Below are positions 18,952 to 28,668 of a DNA stretch of 64,000 nucleotides, piece by piece. The notes beneath the pieces are model-generated. The model saw nothing but the letters and a program-made list of their open reading frames with translations, made no database searches and was not told the origin of the DNA. Each line of letters opens with the position of its first letter. The first letter of the stretch is position 1. Location of the stretch: the NCBI GenBank assembly GCA_965242965.1, contig OZ251518.1, positions 3,008,001 through 3,072,000 on the forward strand, read 5' to 3'. The position numbers were made by a program, and so were the translations under genes. This stretch comes from Candidatus Poribacteria bacterium (GTDB lineage Bacteria > Poribacteria > WGA-4E > WGA-3G).

Positions 18952-19851
18952 ATGCAGCATTCAACAGACACGCATCGGACAATAAAGGAGTTATCGCCGG
19001 CGGAATTAGCGGCATATCGCGAGCGTCTTGACACACACTTTCGCAATCGGCAGATAGACGAAGCGTTGCTGGCGCGTGCGTGGCAGACGGCGTATCGTGT
19101 GGCGGCGATGCTTTATGACGACTTCGGTGCGACGCGCGTTGCAGTATTCGGTTCGCTCGCAGAGCGCGAGTGGTTTTCCCCGCGTTCGGATATTGACATC
19201 GCCGTTTGGGGCCTTCCATCCCGCGTCTATTTTCGGGCTGTGTCCGAGACTGTCGGGTTTAGTTCAGAATTCAAGATAGATTTGGTTGATTTTGAAAACT
19301 GCAAAGGACGTTTTCGCGAGCGAATCCAAAGTCAAATCATCGGCATTGAGAAGGGGGAAATTTATCACGTGGACAGGAACCCATTGATACAGCGTATCTC
19401 CGACGAACACGCAAAAATAGGCAAGACAGTCCAAAAAATCGCTGAACGATTACAGAAAATCGTGACAGCACCGCCTGAATACAGGGAGGAAACCGAAATC
19501 GCGATTGCCAAAAATCTCGCAGATTGCTACCAGGGCATAGAGAACATTTTTAAGCGTATCGCGCTTGATGTCGATGTTGACATGCCTCAGGGCGAGCGGT
19601 GGCATAAGCAGCTGCTGGAGCAGATGGCCCTCCCGAAAGCGGAACGGCCATCCGTGATTTCCGAAAGGACTTTTGCGCGTTTGCTGGAACTTTTAGAGTT
19701 CCGCCACGTCTATAACAATATCTACGGCGAAGAACTAGCCTACGAAAAAACGGAGGAGAACGCCAAACGGGTAGGCGATTTATTCGCCATGTTCTCCGAG
19801 GAACTAGAAACGTTCATCGCTTTTTTAGCCTGCCGCGCCCCGGGGGAGTAA
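18952..19851 (+). CDS. Fused MNT-HEPN protein, copy 2
   Basis: VAVFGSLAEREWFSPRSDIDIAV; WHKQLLEQM; LLEFRHVYNNIY. AAGGAG RBS and a TTGCAT-17-TATCCT promoter-like site upstream. Confidence 0.8.
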   Translation: MQHSTDTHRTIKELSPAELAAYRERLDTHFRNRQIDEALLARAWQTAYRVAAMLYDDFGATRVAVFGSLAEREWFSPRSDIDIAVWGLPSRVYFRAVSETVGFSSEFKIDLVDFENCKGRFRERIQSQIIGIEKGEIYHVDRNPLIQRISDEHAKIGKTVQKIAERLQKIVTAPPEYREETEIAIAKNLADCYQGIENIFKRIALDVDVDMPQGERWHKQLLEQMALPKAERPSVISERTFARLLELLEFRHVYNNIYGEELAYEKTEENAKRVGDLFAMFSEELETFIAFLACRAPGE

Positions 19852-19856
19852 ATATC

Positions 19857-20212
19857 TGAGGGTGTTTCATAACTCGCTCAACGTTGCGGGGACAGGCCCC
19901 GCGCTACGGTGAAAAAACCCCCCCCCCTTTCACCGTCGACCGTAGTTCGGGAGCGCCTGCTCCCGAACGGGTCAAGAGCAGGCGATCTTGACCTACAGAG
20001 GGGGATACCCCGGGTTACCGTAGGGCTTGGGCCCTCGCATGCCACACGCGCATGCGAGCGGGTTTCCCTCGCCGTGCCTAGACCTTGGAAAAGACCGTAG
20101 TTCGGGAGCACCCGCTCCCGAACGGGTCGACGGTAAAAAAACGGTCTCCTTCACCGTAGGGCGAGGGCCTGTCCCTCGCCATGCTGCGGTCCCCCGAACC
20201 GCTCTTTTAGGT
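19857..20212. repeat. REP cassette starting with TGAGGGTGTTTCATA
   Basis: The end motif sits a few nt after the stop codon and is followed by GTAG hairpins. Confidence 0.85.
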
Positions 20213-20278
20213 CTCAAATATCTCCAATTTGCATTGCAACTCACTTTATGGTATCCTATTTTCCAAGGAGATTTTACC

Positions 20279-21211
20279 ATGCATCAACTAACAGACACCC
20301 ATCGGACAATAAAGGAATTATCGCCGGCGGAATTGGCGGCATATCGCGAGCGTCTTGACGCACATTTTCGCAATCGGCAGATAGACGAGGCGTTATTGCA
20401 GCGTGCGTGGCAGACAGCGTATCGCGTGGCGGCACTGCTTTATGAGGACTTCGGTGCGACGCGCGTTGCAGTGTTCGGTTCGCTTGCAGAGCGCGAGTGG
20501 TTTTCCCCGCGTTCGGATATTGATATCGCCGTTTGGGGGCTGCCATCCCGCGCCTATTTTCGTGCGGTATCCGAGACTGTCGGGTTTAGTTCAGAATTCA
20601 AGATCGATCTGGTTGATTTTGAAAACTGCAAAGGGCGTTTCCGCGAGCGAGTGGAGAGCCAAGCCGTGCCGATTCAAATCGGGAAGACCGCGGGACAACC
20701 CCGTATCAAGAAAAAAGAGGAAATTGACGAAGTGAACACGCGCGCCCTGGTCCAACGTATCTCCGAGGAACATGCAAAAATCGCCGGGAAAGTGGAGAGA
20801 ATTCGGGAGGACTTGCCGAAGATTGAAGCGGCACCCCCGGAATATCGGGAAAGCCTAGAGGCGTTTGTTGCTCGCCACCTCTACGATTTCTATAAAGGTT
20901 TGGAAAACATCTTCACGAAAATCGCGGGAGAAGTTGATGGCAATCTTCCTCGCGACCCGGCGTGGCATCAGGCACTCCTTCGGCAGATGTCAGAACAGCG
21001 GGGAAAACGGCCTCCGGTGCTTTCACAAAAAACCAGCGAAGCCCTCCGCGAACTTTTAGGGTTTCGTCACGTCTTCGTCTATATCTATGCCGAAGAGTTG
21101 GATTACGAACGAACGGTGGAAAACGCGCTGTTGGCGAGTGAGGTGTTTGACAGCCTCTCTGAAGAATTGCAGAGATTCATCGCTTGGCTCGAAAAGCAGG
21201 ATATGGAATAA
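20279..21211 (+). CDS. Fused MNT-HEPN protein, copy 3
   Basis: N-terminal half almost identical to copy 2. C-terminal LYDFYKGLENIF..IAGEVD, WHQALL and LLGFRHVFVYIY. Confidence 0.8.
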   Translation: MHQLTDTHRTIKELSPAELAAYRERLDAHFRNRQIDEALLQRAWQTAYRVAALLYEDFGATRVAVFGSLAEREWFSPRSDIDIAVWGLPSRAYFRAVSETVGFSSEFKIDLVDFENCKGRFRERVESQAVPIQIGKTAGQPRIKKKEEIDEVNTRALVQRISEEHAKIAGKVERIREDLPKIEAAPPEYRESLEAFVARHLYDFYKGLENIFTKIAGEVDGNLPRDPAWHQALLRQMSEQRGKRPPVLSQKTSEALRELLGFRHVFVYIYAEELDYERTVENALLASEVFDSLSEELQRFIAWLEKQDME

Positions 21212-21221
21212 TATGATATTA

Positions 21222-21462
21222 CGGGTCAAGAGCAGGCGCTCTTGACCTACAGAGGGGGAGGCCCCGGGTTACCGTAGGGCGAGGGCCTGTCCCTCGCCAT
21301 CGTTCGCACACCCCAACGATCGCGGGGGACAGGCCCCCGCGCTACGGGAAAAAAACGGCCCCTTTCACCGTAGACCGTAGTTTGGGAGCGCCTGCTCCCG
21401 AACGGGTCAAGAGCAGGCACTCTTGCCCTACAGAAGAGGGCGGCTCGCTCACCGTAGGGCTT
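21222..21462. repeat. REP cluster
   Basis: GTAG hairpin families (gcgaggg/ccctcgc, gggagc/gctccc, ggtcaaga/tcttgacc). Confidence 0.85.
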
Positions 21463-21481
21463 ACGGCTCAGGTTACCTTGA

Positions 21482-23125
21482 ATGAACAAACGCAGCCAAA
21501 TAACGCATTGCGAAATCCAAAAAAATCGACTCTTGTCTTTAACCCTATTCGTAATGGTAAGTCTCGTGAACACTTTGCCCGCGGCAGACATCCAATTTGT
21601 GGACGTTACGGAACAAGCAGGTATCCACTTTAAACATGCAGGTGGCATTGACTTGCGCGTCGTCCCTGCACTCGTCGGCTCTGGGGTTGCATGGCGAGAT
21701 GTTGATAACGATGGCGACTTGGATCTTTACATTGTCAATAGTGCCGCCGTGCGGCCCGAACCGGGGACGATACTGCCGCAAAACGCGCTCTATCGCAATA
21801 ACGGCGATGGCACGTTCACCGATGTCACCGAGACTGCCGGCGTTGGCGATATCGGGTGGGGTATGGGCTGCGCCTTCGCCGATTACGATAACGACGGCGA
21901 CGCTGACCTCTACGTTACCAACTACAAGGCGAACGTCTTTTATCGGAACGAAGGTGATGGCAAGTTCAAGAAGTATTCAGCGGGGGCAGGCGGTATTGGG
22001 CATGCAGGGTTCGGTTCAGGTATCGCCTGGGGCGATTACGATGCCGACGGTTTCCTTGAGCTCTATGTCGGCAACTATATTGACTATACCAAAGTCCCGC
22101 AAGGCGAAGAGGTGTTTTTTCCTTACGACTTTTTCGGGCAAGCGAACGTGCTTTATCTCAACAAAGGCGATGGCGGGTTCATCGATATCACCGATGCCGC
22201 CAAGGTCACCGGTGGGTTTCATCTCACCCTCGGTGTCGCAGCGGCAGACTACGATGCCGATGGCGATTTGGACATTTACCTCGCGAACGACACAGATCAG
22301 AATATCCTCTATCGGAATGATGGCGAGGTGATGTTCACGAATACCAATAAACCGGATGCCAGAAGTCGGACAGGCGACATCCGCAGCGGGATGGGGATTG
22401 CGTGGGGCGATTACGATAATGACGCAGACTTGGATCTCTTTGTGACGAATTGGCTTGACGAAAACAACGTTCTGTATCAAAATAACGGCGATGGCACATT
22501 CACCGATGTTTCCGCGCGGAGCGGCATCTTTGCGTCGGGGCTCGGCAAAACGTGTTGGGGCACCGCGCTGTTCGATGCCGACAACGATGGGGACTTGGAC
22601 CTATTTTTCGCGTGTGGCCACATCGATCCGGCCTCATGGGAGTCGCACGGGCAACACGATGTTATGCTTCGTAACAACGGCGATGGGACTTTCACCGATA
22701 TCTCGGAAGCCGCGGGGCTGCATCAATTTGAGTCCCCTGGCGTTGGCCGCGGCGTTGCCGTTGGCGACTACGATGCCGATGGTGCTCTGGACTTGGTGAT
22801 TGTCAACAGCGGTGGCAAACCGATGTTGCTCCGCAACGCGGGTAGGCTTCAGCAGAATTGGTTGCATATCCGCACTATCGGCACGGTAAGCAACCGCGAT
22901 GGCATTGGCGCGCTCGTGACGCTGCAGTCGGGGAACCTCCGCCAAATCCAGCAGGTTGTGGCGGGGGATAGTTATCTATCACAGAGTAGCCCGGCGGTGG
23001 AATTCGGGCTCGGGCACCGTGAGAAGGTGGACAGCCTTGTCATCCAGTGGCCGAGTGGGATTGTCCAAACGGTGAGGGATGTGCGCGTGAATCAGCGGCT
23101 CACTATAGTTGAAAAGGCGGAGTAG
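21482..23125 (+). CDS. CRTAC1-family protein (FG-GAP/VCBS repeats + ASPIC/UnbV C-terminus)
   Basis: Repeated DxDNDGDLDL and N.LYRNNGDGTFTD units. C-terminal SNRDGIGA..., YLSQS...FGLG and I.WPSG. Confidence 0.9.
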   Translation: MNKRSQITHCEIQKNRLLSLTLFVMVSLVNTLPAADIQFVDVTEQAGIHFKHAGGIDLRVVPALVGSGVAWRDVDNDGDLDLYIVNSAAVRPEPGTILPQNALYRNNGDGTFTDVTETAGVGDIGWGMGCAFADYDNDGDADLYVTNYKANVFYRNEGDGKFKKYSAGAGGIGHAGFGSGIAWGDYDADGFLELYVGNYIDYTKVPQGEEVFFPYDFFGQANVLYLNKGDGGFIDITDAAKVTGGFHLTLGVAAADYDADGDLDIYLANDTDQNILYRNDGEVMFTNTNKPDARSRTGDIRSGMGIAWGDYDNDADLDLFVTNWLDENNVLYQNNGDGTFTDVSARSGIFASGLGKTCWGTALFDADNDGDLDLFFACGHIDPASWESHGQHDVMLRNNGDGTFTDISEAAGLHQFESPGVGRGVAVGDYDADGALDLVIVNSGGKPMLLRNAGRLQQNWLHIRTIGTVSNRDGIGALVTLQSGNLRQIQQVVAGDSYLSQSSPAVEFGLGHREKVDSLVIQWPSGIVQTVRDVRVNQRLTIVEKAE

Positions 23126-23190
23126 TGCCGAAAAAATAGTTGAAACGAGAACCGGAATATGTTATGCTTAATCAAAAAAGGAGGGAATGC

Positions 23191-23838
23191 ATGCAACGAA
23201 TACTATTATCCCTAATTTTGCTTGCTACCTTTGTAGTGGGCGTTATCGTTCACGATGCTGTGCCTGCCGAAGAAATTCGGGTGTGGGGTGGTAAATTGGA
23301 AGATTTCAAAGATTCCGATGGCCGCATCTGGCACGGTGGACAGAACGAGAAGAAAGCGTGGGGCGGCTGGATCGAGAAGCTGCCGCGCACCGCCGAAGTG
23401 GTGCAACTCACCAAAGAGGCAGAGAAACTCGCGAAGCAGGAAGGATACGATGAAGAACTCTTCTATGCTGTCAGCTGGGCGCAATTCCCGGATACCGTCA
23501 AAATGGATTTGAATACCGGGAAAGGCACCTTTAACGTAACGTATCTCGTCGGGGAACACTGGTCCCCGAACAACCGCGGTTTTGATATTATCATCGAAGA
23601 TGAGATTGTCGAGGAAGAGTATGTCACCCCCGGCAATAACGAGATAGACATTAAACGCTATGAAGGCATCGTGGTGAAGGACAAGGTGATGAGCCTTGAA
23701 TTCGCCGGGAATCCGAAAACGGGTGCCGGTGACCTGAACGCCATGTTCAGTGGGATAGAGGTGATTCCCGCGCTCGCCGTAGAACCGCAGCAGAAACTCA
23801 CGACGACGTGGGGCGCGCTCAAAGACGCACGACAGTAG
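23191..23838 (+). CDS. Secreted malectin-like beta-sandwich protein with C-terminal TTWGALK motif, copy 1
   Basis: Signal peptide; FKDSDGRIW, V...EHW.PNNRGFDI.IE and AMFSGIEV; ends AVEPQQKLTTTWGALKDARQ. Confidence 0.7.
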   Translation: MQRILLSLILLATFVVGVIVHDAVPAEEIRVWGGKLEDFKDSDGRIWHGGQNEKKAWGGWIEKLPRTAEVVQLTKEAEKLAKQEGYDEELFYAVSWAQFPDTVKMDLNTGKGTFNVTYLVGEHWSPNNRGFDIIIEDEIVEEEYVTPGNNEIDIKRYEGIVVKDKVMSLEFAGNPKTGAGDLNAMFSGIEVIPALAVEPQQKLTTTWGALKDARQ

Positions 23839-23975
23839 GCGAGACCTCCGGGTCTCGATGCCTTCCCGTAGGCGAGACTTCCGGGTCTCGATGCCTCTCG
23901 CGGTCGGCGCGTCCTCCCTGTCTTGAAATTCCGATGTGATAAATGGGACATCCTTGTCCCAAAAGGAGACATTTT

Positions 23976-24623
23976 ATGAAATTGTTTACGCTTTTAACCT
24001 TAATGATTGTTTTTGCAGCCGTTTCGGTGTCGGTTGTGCTAGCCCAAGATGCCTTCCGCGTCAAAGGCGGCACAGCGGACGACTTCACCGATTCGCAGGG
24101 GCGCGTCTGGCACGGCGCGCAGCAGGAAGACCAGGCGTGGGGCGGCTGGATCGAGAAAGAACCCCGCACCGCCGAAGTCGCAAACTTGACAGCGGATGCG
24201 CAAGCACAAGCGGAAGAAGCCGGTTACGATGTGGAACTCTTCTACGCTGTCAGTTGGGCGCAGTTCCCCGACACCGTGAAGTATCAGTTCAAAACCGGCG
24301 ATGGGACTTTTGACGTTACCTATCTCGTCGGAGAGCACTGGTCCCCGAACAATCGCGGCTTTGATATTGTCATCGAAGGCGAGGTTGTGGAGGCACTCTA
24401 CGTGACACCCGGCCAAGACGAGATAGACATCAAAACCTATGCGGGGATTGAAGTTACGGATGGCACGCTGGATTTCGATTTCGCGGGCAACGCGGAAACC
24501 GGTGCCGGCGATCTCAACGCGATGTTCAGTGCCTTAGAGGTTCTACCTGCAGTTAGCACTGCGGTTGATGCGAAGGCGAAACTCGCGACGACGTGGGGCG
24601 CGCTGAAGGGCAATCGGCAGTAA
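23976..24623 (+). CDS. Secreted malectin-like protein with C-terminal TTWGALK motif, copy 2
   Basis: Clear paralogue of the preceding gene (shared WGGWIEK, ELFYAVSWAQFPDTVK, YLVGEHWSPNNRGFDI). Ends AVDAKAKLATTWGALKGNRQ. Confidence 0.7.
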   Translation: MKLFTLLTLMIVFAAVSVSVVLAQDAFRVKGGTADDFTDSQGRVWHGAQQEDQAWGGWIEKEPRTAEVANLTADAQAQAEEAGYDVELFYAVSWAQFPDTVKYQFKTGDGTFDVTYLVGEHWSPNNRGFDIVIEGEVVEALYVTPGQDEIDIKTYAGIEVTDGTLDFDFAGNAETGAGDLNAMFSALEVLPAVSTAVDAKAKLATTWGALKGNRQ

Positions 24624-24633
24624 GCTCCTTTAT

Positions 24634-24672
24634 CGGTAGGCGCGCTTTCAAAGAAGCGCGCCTACTGATTTT
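24634..24672. terminator. Hairpin between convergent genes, probable (bidirectional) terminator
   Basis: gtaggcgcgcttt-caaa-gaagcgcgcctac followed by tgattttt. Confidence 0.6.
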
Positions 24673-24676
24673 TAGG

Positions 24677-25456
24677 CTATTCCACAATTATCGGCGGCGT
24701 TAAATCGCCGCTCAAAATAGTCGGGCACCAGAATTTCTCAATATATTCAATGATGAGCTGCGTCCCTTCCTCGTGGCTCACATAAGGCGGCTTGAACGGG
24801 TTATACATCGCATCGGTGAGATCTCGGGCCAGCACGGCGTTGAAGCCCCACCGCACCATCTGCTTAATCGCGAACGAACGTCCCAAGACGCACATATTCG
24901 TATGAACCCCCATGAAGATGAGGTTCCGGATGCCTTTGTGGTGGAGCAGGTTGTAAACCTCCTGTCCGTTGTCGCTAATGGCATCTGTGTCGCATATCTC
25001 AATTGCGGGGTGTTGGCGATGCCACGCCTTGTAAGTGTCCGTTTCGCCGGTGTCAGAACCGCCATCGGAGGCATCGACAGGCAGCGGCGGATCTGGGAGT
25101 TCGCGTTCCGCTGGCGGTGCGGCGTGCGGGAGCTCCAACACCCACTTTCGCGCCGCGTGCGCTTCATAAAAGTCCATCGTATCCGAAGGCGCGTGGATAA
25201 TCTGCACCCCGCGTTCTCGCGCGCGCCCAAGCACGATGTCCATCCGCGGTGCCATCACGTTCACCCGTTCTGTGGCCCCCCAAGACCAGTGCCGGTCCCA
25301 CATATCCACCACGACAATAGCGGTTTCAGAAGTTTTCCACGTCACTTCTTCCTCAATAACACGCCATCCGTTGCGTCCTACGGTGCGTGCTTCTTGCCTG
25401 CGAATTGCGAGTTGCAGGGACTCGTTTCCGTTGTTAAGTTGCATCAGTTTCTCCAA
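24677..25456 (-). CDS. Isochorismatase/cysteine hydrolase family protein
   Basis: TAIVVVDMWD.HW, IIHAPS, MGVHTNMCVLGR.F, RDLTDAMY. Start may be 25444 or 25456. Confidence 0.85.
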   Translation of the reverse strand: MEKLMQLNNGNESLQLAIRRQEARTVGRNGWRVIEEEVTWKTSETAIVVVDMWDRHWSWGATERVNVMAPRMDIVLGRARERGVQIIHAPSDTMDFYEAHAARKWVLELPHAAPPAERELPDPPLPVDASDGGSDTGETDTYKAWHRQHPAIEICDTDAISDNGQEVYNLLHHKGIRNLIFMGVHTNMCVLGRSFAIKQMVRWGFNAVLARDLTDAMYNPFKPPYVSHEEGTQLIIEYIEKFWCPTILSGDLTPPIIVE

Positions 25457-25522
25457 AATAAAGAACTTGCGCGTAGTTTATCAGAATCTCGTTGTTATCG
25501 CAAGTTAATTTTAATTTTCCCT

Positions 25523-25948
25523 GTAGGCGAGACATATCTGTCCTGATACTTACCCCGGTAGGCTGGACATCCTTGTCCCGATACTTACCCCGGTAGGCGG
25601 GACATCCCTGTCCCGATAATGCACTGCATCGAGACCAGGAGGTCTCTCCTACGGTAGGCGGGACATCCTTGTCCTGATACGTTCCCCGGTAGGCGGGACA
25701 TCCCTGTCCCGATAATGCACTGCATCGAGACCAGGAGGTCTCTCCTACTGGGTGTTTGTCGAGACCGGGAGGCTTTCCTATTTTCCTCGGTAGGCTGGAC
25801 ATCCTTGTCCCGATAATGCACTGCATTGAGACCGGGAGGTCTCTCCTACGGTAGGCGGGACATCCTTGTCCTGATACTTTCCTCGGTAGGCTGGACATCC
25901 TTGTCCCGATAATGCACTGCATCGAGACCAGGATGGCACGCCTACGGT
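25523..25948. repeat. Array of alternating GTAGGCGGGACATCCTTGTCCCGAT and GAGACC..GGTCTCTCCTAC hairpins
   Basis: About eight gacatcc(t/c)tgtcc units and about five atcgagacc..ggtctctcctac units, arranged like BIME/REPIN pairs. Confidence 0.9.
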
Positions 25949-26194
25949 TCTCTGACTTGTTCAAAAAATGAACAGCCCATCGCACGTTTTAGTCAAAAAG
26001 CGGGTTGAAAGAGTGTCATACATCGCTTGTTTCCGAATACTTCACGCCAGAAAAATTTGGCATACAATTTGCTTATATACCTGTCAGACGCTGCTACGGC
26101 ACGCAAGGAAAACAACAACCTCGGTATGCGCGGTTTGAAGCCGCGCCTATTAGTGGAGAATGATGCATTTGCGCAAGTCTTGAGGAGAATGATA

Positions 26195-28507
26195 ATGCAA
26201 AAATTACAGTGGTTTGGAATCTTGCTGAGTCTATTCGTGATTTGGGTTTCCCCGCTTTCCTTAGCAGAGACAGATGGGGTTGTGGAGGTGGAGGAAGTCA
26301 CCGTGACAGCACTCCGCGCCGAGAAAGAACCTTTTCACACGCCTATGTCTATTTCGGTGGTGAATGTGAAACAGTTGGAGCGCGCCAACGCCGATATTAC
26401 GCCGAACCTGCTTCGCGATGTCGTCGGGGTTATCGCGCAGCAGACTACCGTGGGACAAGGTTCACCGATGTTACGGAGTCTGACCGGGTATCAGACGTTG
26501 ATGCAGGTAGACTGGGTGCGTCTCAACAATTCAACCTTCCGGTCTGGCCCGAATCAATATCTGTCAACGATTGCGCCGGAGACGCTCAGTCGGGCAGAGG
26601 TGCTCCGTGGTTCTAGTTCGGTGTTATACGGGAGTGGTGCGCTAGGCGGCGTTATCAGCCTCTTTTCCAAAGAGGTGCCGCTCAATCCCGCCAGTGAGAG
26701 TTGGGACATTCAGCCGCGGCTGTTCGCGCGCTATACCACTGCGACACAAGAACGCCTCGCGCGAGCAGAGGTGCTCGGCACGCAGGGACGCTTCGGGTTT
26801 CTTATCGGTGGCGGCGCGCGCTTGTATGGCGATTTGAACGCTGGCAGCGGCTATGATCTTCACTATAAAAACCGCAAGTTTGAAGTCGTCACTGAACGTC
26901 CGAGAGGCGTTAAACTCTTTGACGGTTTGCCCGATACGCCGCCAGAGCGATGGCTGATTGACACCGAGGCACCCTTGGGCTGGCGCGCTTACGATGCCGA
27001 TGCCAAAATTGCGTATCAACTCACGGATACTAGCACTATTAATGTGGCATACCAAATGTGGCGGCAGCCGCAAACGCCGCGCTATGATAAAATCGCACCG
27101 CGCGAGTTTGATGAATTTTACTTTGAACCGCAAAATCGAGATCTCGTTTATGCCAACTACGTGATGGATGCGGTTGGCGGCGGCATTGACACCTTCCGGC
27201 TCACTGCGTCTTACCATCGCCAAAAAGAGGGACGCAACGAGGTGCAACATCAAGCGACAACCCGCCGGCAAAGATTTGATACCGTTAACACGGTAGGATT
27301 CAGCGCGCAGGCTGTCAGTAGCGCGCTTCCACGGCAACGTCTCGTAGGCGGCGGCGAATTCTATCTGGATACGGTGCAGAGCCGCACGGTGAGGACAGAT
27401 TTGAACACAAACGTGGAGAAAGTTGACGAAAATCTGGGACGGTTTATCAACGGTTCGCAGTTCTGGGATGCGAGTCTGTTCCTGCAAGATGAGATTGACA
27501 TCCACGAACGTGTTGCGCTTACCCTCGGCGGCCGCGCAACGTTTTATCAGACGAACGCTGATCTCTCGCTTCGCGACGAGAGTTTTGACGAATTTGACGA
27601 TGCGGATAACAGCCTGACCGGGAGTGCGGGTATTGTCGTCGGAGTGACAGAGTCGCTGAACTTTGTGAGCAGTTTCGCCACGGCATTTCGCGCGCCTTCG
27701 TTGAACGATACGACAGCGGTGGAGGTGACGAATGCGGGTGTCACCGCCCCGAGCCCGGACTTGGAGGCAGAAACCTCATGGACAATTGAAGGTGGACTCA
27801 AGGCGAAGCACGCTTATTTCCGCGGCGCGCTCACGCTATTTCACAGCCGTATCAACGGGCTCGTCACGCGGGTGCCGGTAGAAGAAGCGTATGCGGGTGA
27901 AACCATACCGCAACTCTATCGCGACTTGTTAGCCACTTACGGCGGCGAAGAAGGTGTCGGCGTGTATGTCTTCGACAACGTTGATGAGGCGCAACTCCAA
28001 GGCGTTGAACTTGCGGGCGTAGTGCCGTTGCCTTCCGACTTATCACTCTACGGGAATGTGGCATGGATGCGCGGGAAGGTGTTGCTACTCAACGGTGTAA
28101 CGCCAGATGCGGCGAAGCCGTGGGAGGCACATATTCGGCGTGAACCGCCGTTGAACGGTGTCCTCGGCGTGGAATGGGAACCGTTACATACGCGGTTTTG
28201 GGCAGGTGTGTTTGTGCGCGGTGCGGCGGCACAGCGACGGCTCAATCGGAGCGATATCCGCGACCCGAGAATTCAAGGGAAAACGCGGGATCCGGCGGAA
28301 GTCACCTTTGATTCGGATGGCAACGCGCTTGATGCAGGCACTCCCGGTTGGTGGACACTCAACCTGCGCGGCGGGCTCAAACTCACCCACTACAATAGCG
28401 TGACGCTAGTCCTTGAGAATCTGCTGAATCGGCGGTATCGGGAGCACGGTTCCGGTATTAACGCGCCGGGGTTTAACGTCAGCATCAGTTTGGACAATCG
28501 GTTTTAA
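26195..28507 (+). CDS. TonB-dependent receptor
   Basis: Signal peptide; TonB-box-like EEVTVTA; plug motifs GQGSP.LR and EVLRGSSSVLYGSGALGGVI; FRAPSL; ENLLNRRY; C-terminal Phe. Confidence 0.92.
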   Translation: MQKLQWFGILLSLFVIWVSPLSLAETDGVVEVEEVTVTALRAEKEPFHTPMSISVVNVKQLERANADITPNLLRDVVGVIAQQTTVGQGSPMLRSLTGYQTLMQVDWVRLNNSTFRSGPNQYLSTIAPETLSRAEVLRGSSSVLYGSGALGGVISLFSKEVPLNPASESWDIQPRLFARYTTATQERLARAEVLGTQGRFGFLIGGGARLYGDLNAGSGYDLHYKNRKFEVVTERPRGVKLFDGLPDTPPERWLIDTEAPLGWRAYDADAKIAYQLTDTSTINVAYQMWRQPQTPRYDKIAPREFDEFYFEPQNRDLVYANYVMDAVGGGIDTFRLTASYHRQKEGRNEVQHQATTRRQRFDTVNTVGFSAQAVSSALPRQRLVGGGEFYLDTVQSRTVRTDLNTNVEKVDENLGRFINGSQFWDASLFLQDEIDIHERVALTLGGRATFYQTNADLSLRDESFDEFDDADNSLTGSAGIVVGVTESLNFVSSFATAFRAPSLNDTTAVEVTNAGVTAPSPDLEAETSWTIEGGLKAKHAYFRGALTLFHSRINGLVTRVPVEEAYAGETIPQLYRDLLATYGGEEGVGVYVFDNVDEAQLQGVELAGVVPLPSDLSLYGNVAWMRGKVLLLNGVTPDAAKPWEAHIRREPPLNGVLGVEWEPLHTRFWAGVFVRGAAAQRRLNRSDIRDPRIQGKTRDPAEVTFDSDGNALDAGTPGWWTLNLRGGLKLTHYNSVTLVLENLLNRRYREHGSGINAPGFNVSISLDNRF

Positions 28508-28509
28508 TC

Positions 28510-28640
28510 GAGAGTGTTTCATAAATCGCTCAACGTCGCGGGGAAACCCGCTCGGATGCGCGTGTGGCATCCGAGGGGCCCCGCGCTACGATGAAAAAAC
28601 GCCTCCCCTTCACGTAGGGCGAGGGCCTGTCCCTCGCCAA
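28510..28640. repeat. Short REP cassette starting GAGAGTGTTTCATA
   Basis: The end motif is 2 nt after the TBDR stop and is followed by a nested-hairpin REP and a standard REP. Confidence 0.85.
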
Positions 28641-28668
28641 TTTGTAAGGGCGGCCAAACTCTCCAAAA

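Noticed and set aside
26070-26190. Cobalamin or other riboswitch upstream of the TonB-dependent receptor
   Set aside because: Only a small hairpin (gcgcggttt-g-aagccgcgc) is visible, and I could not identify B12-box or other riboswitch consensus elements.
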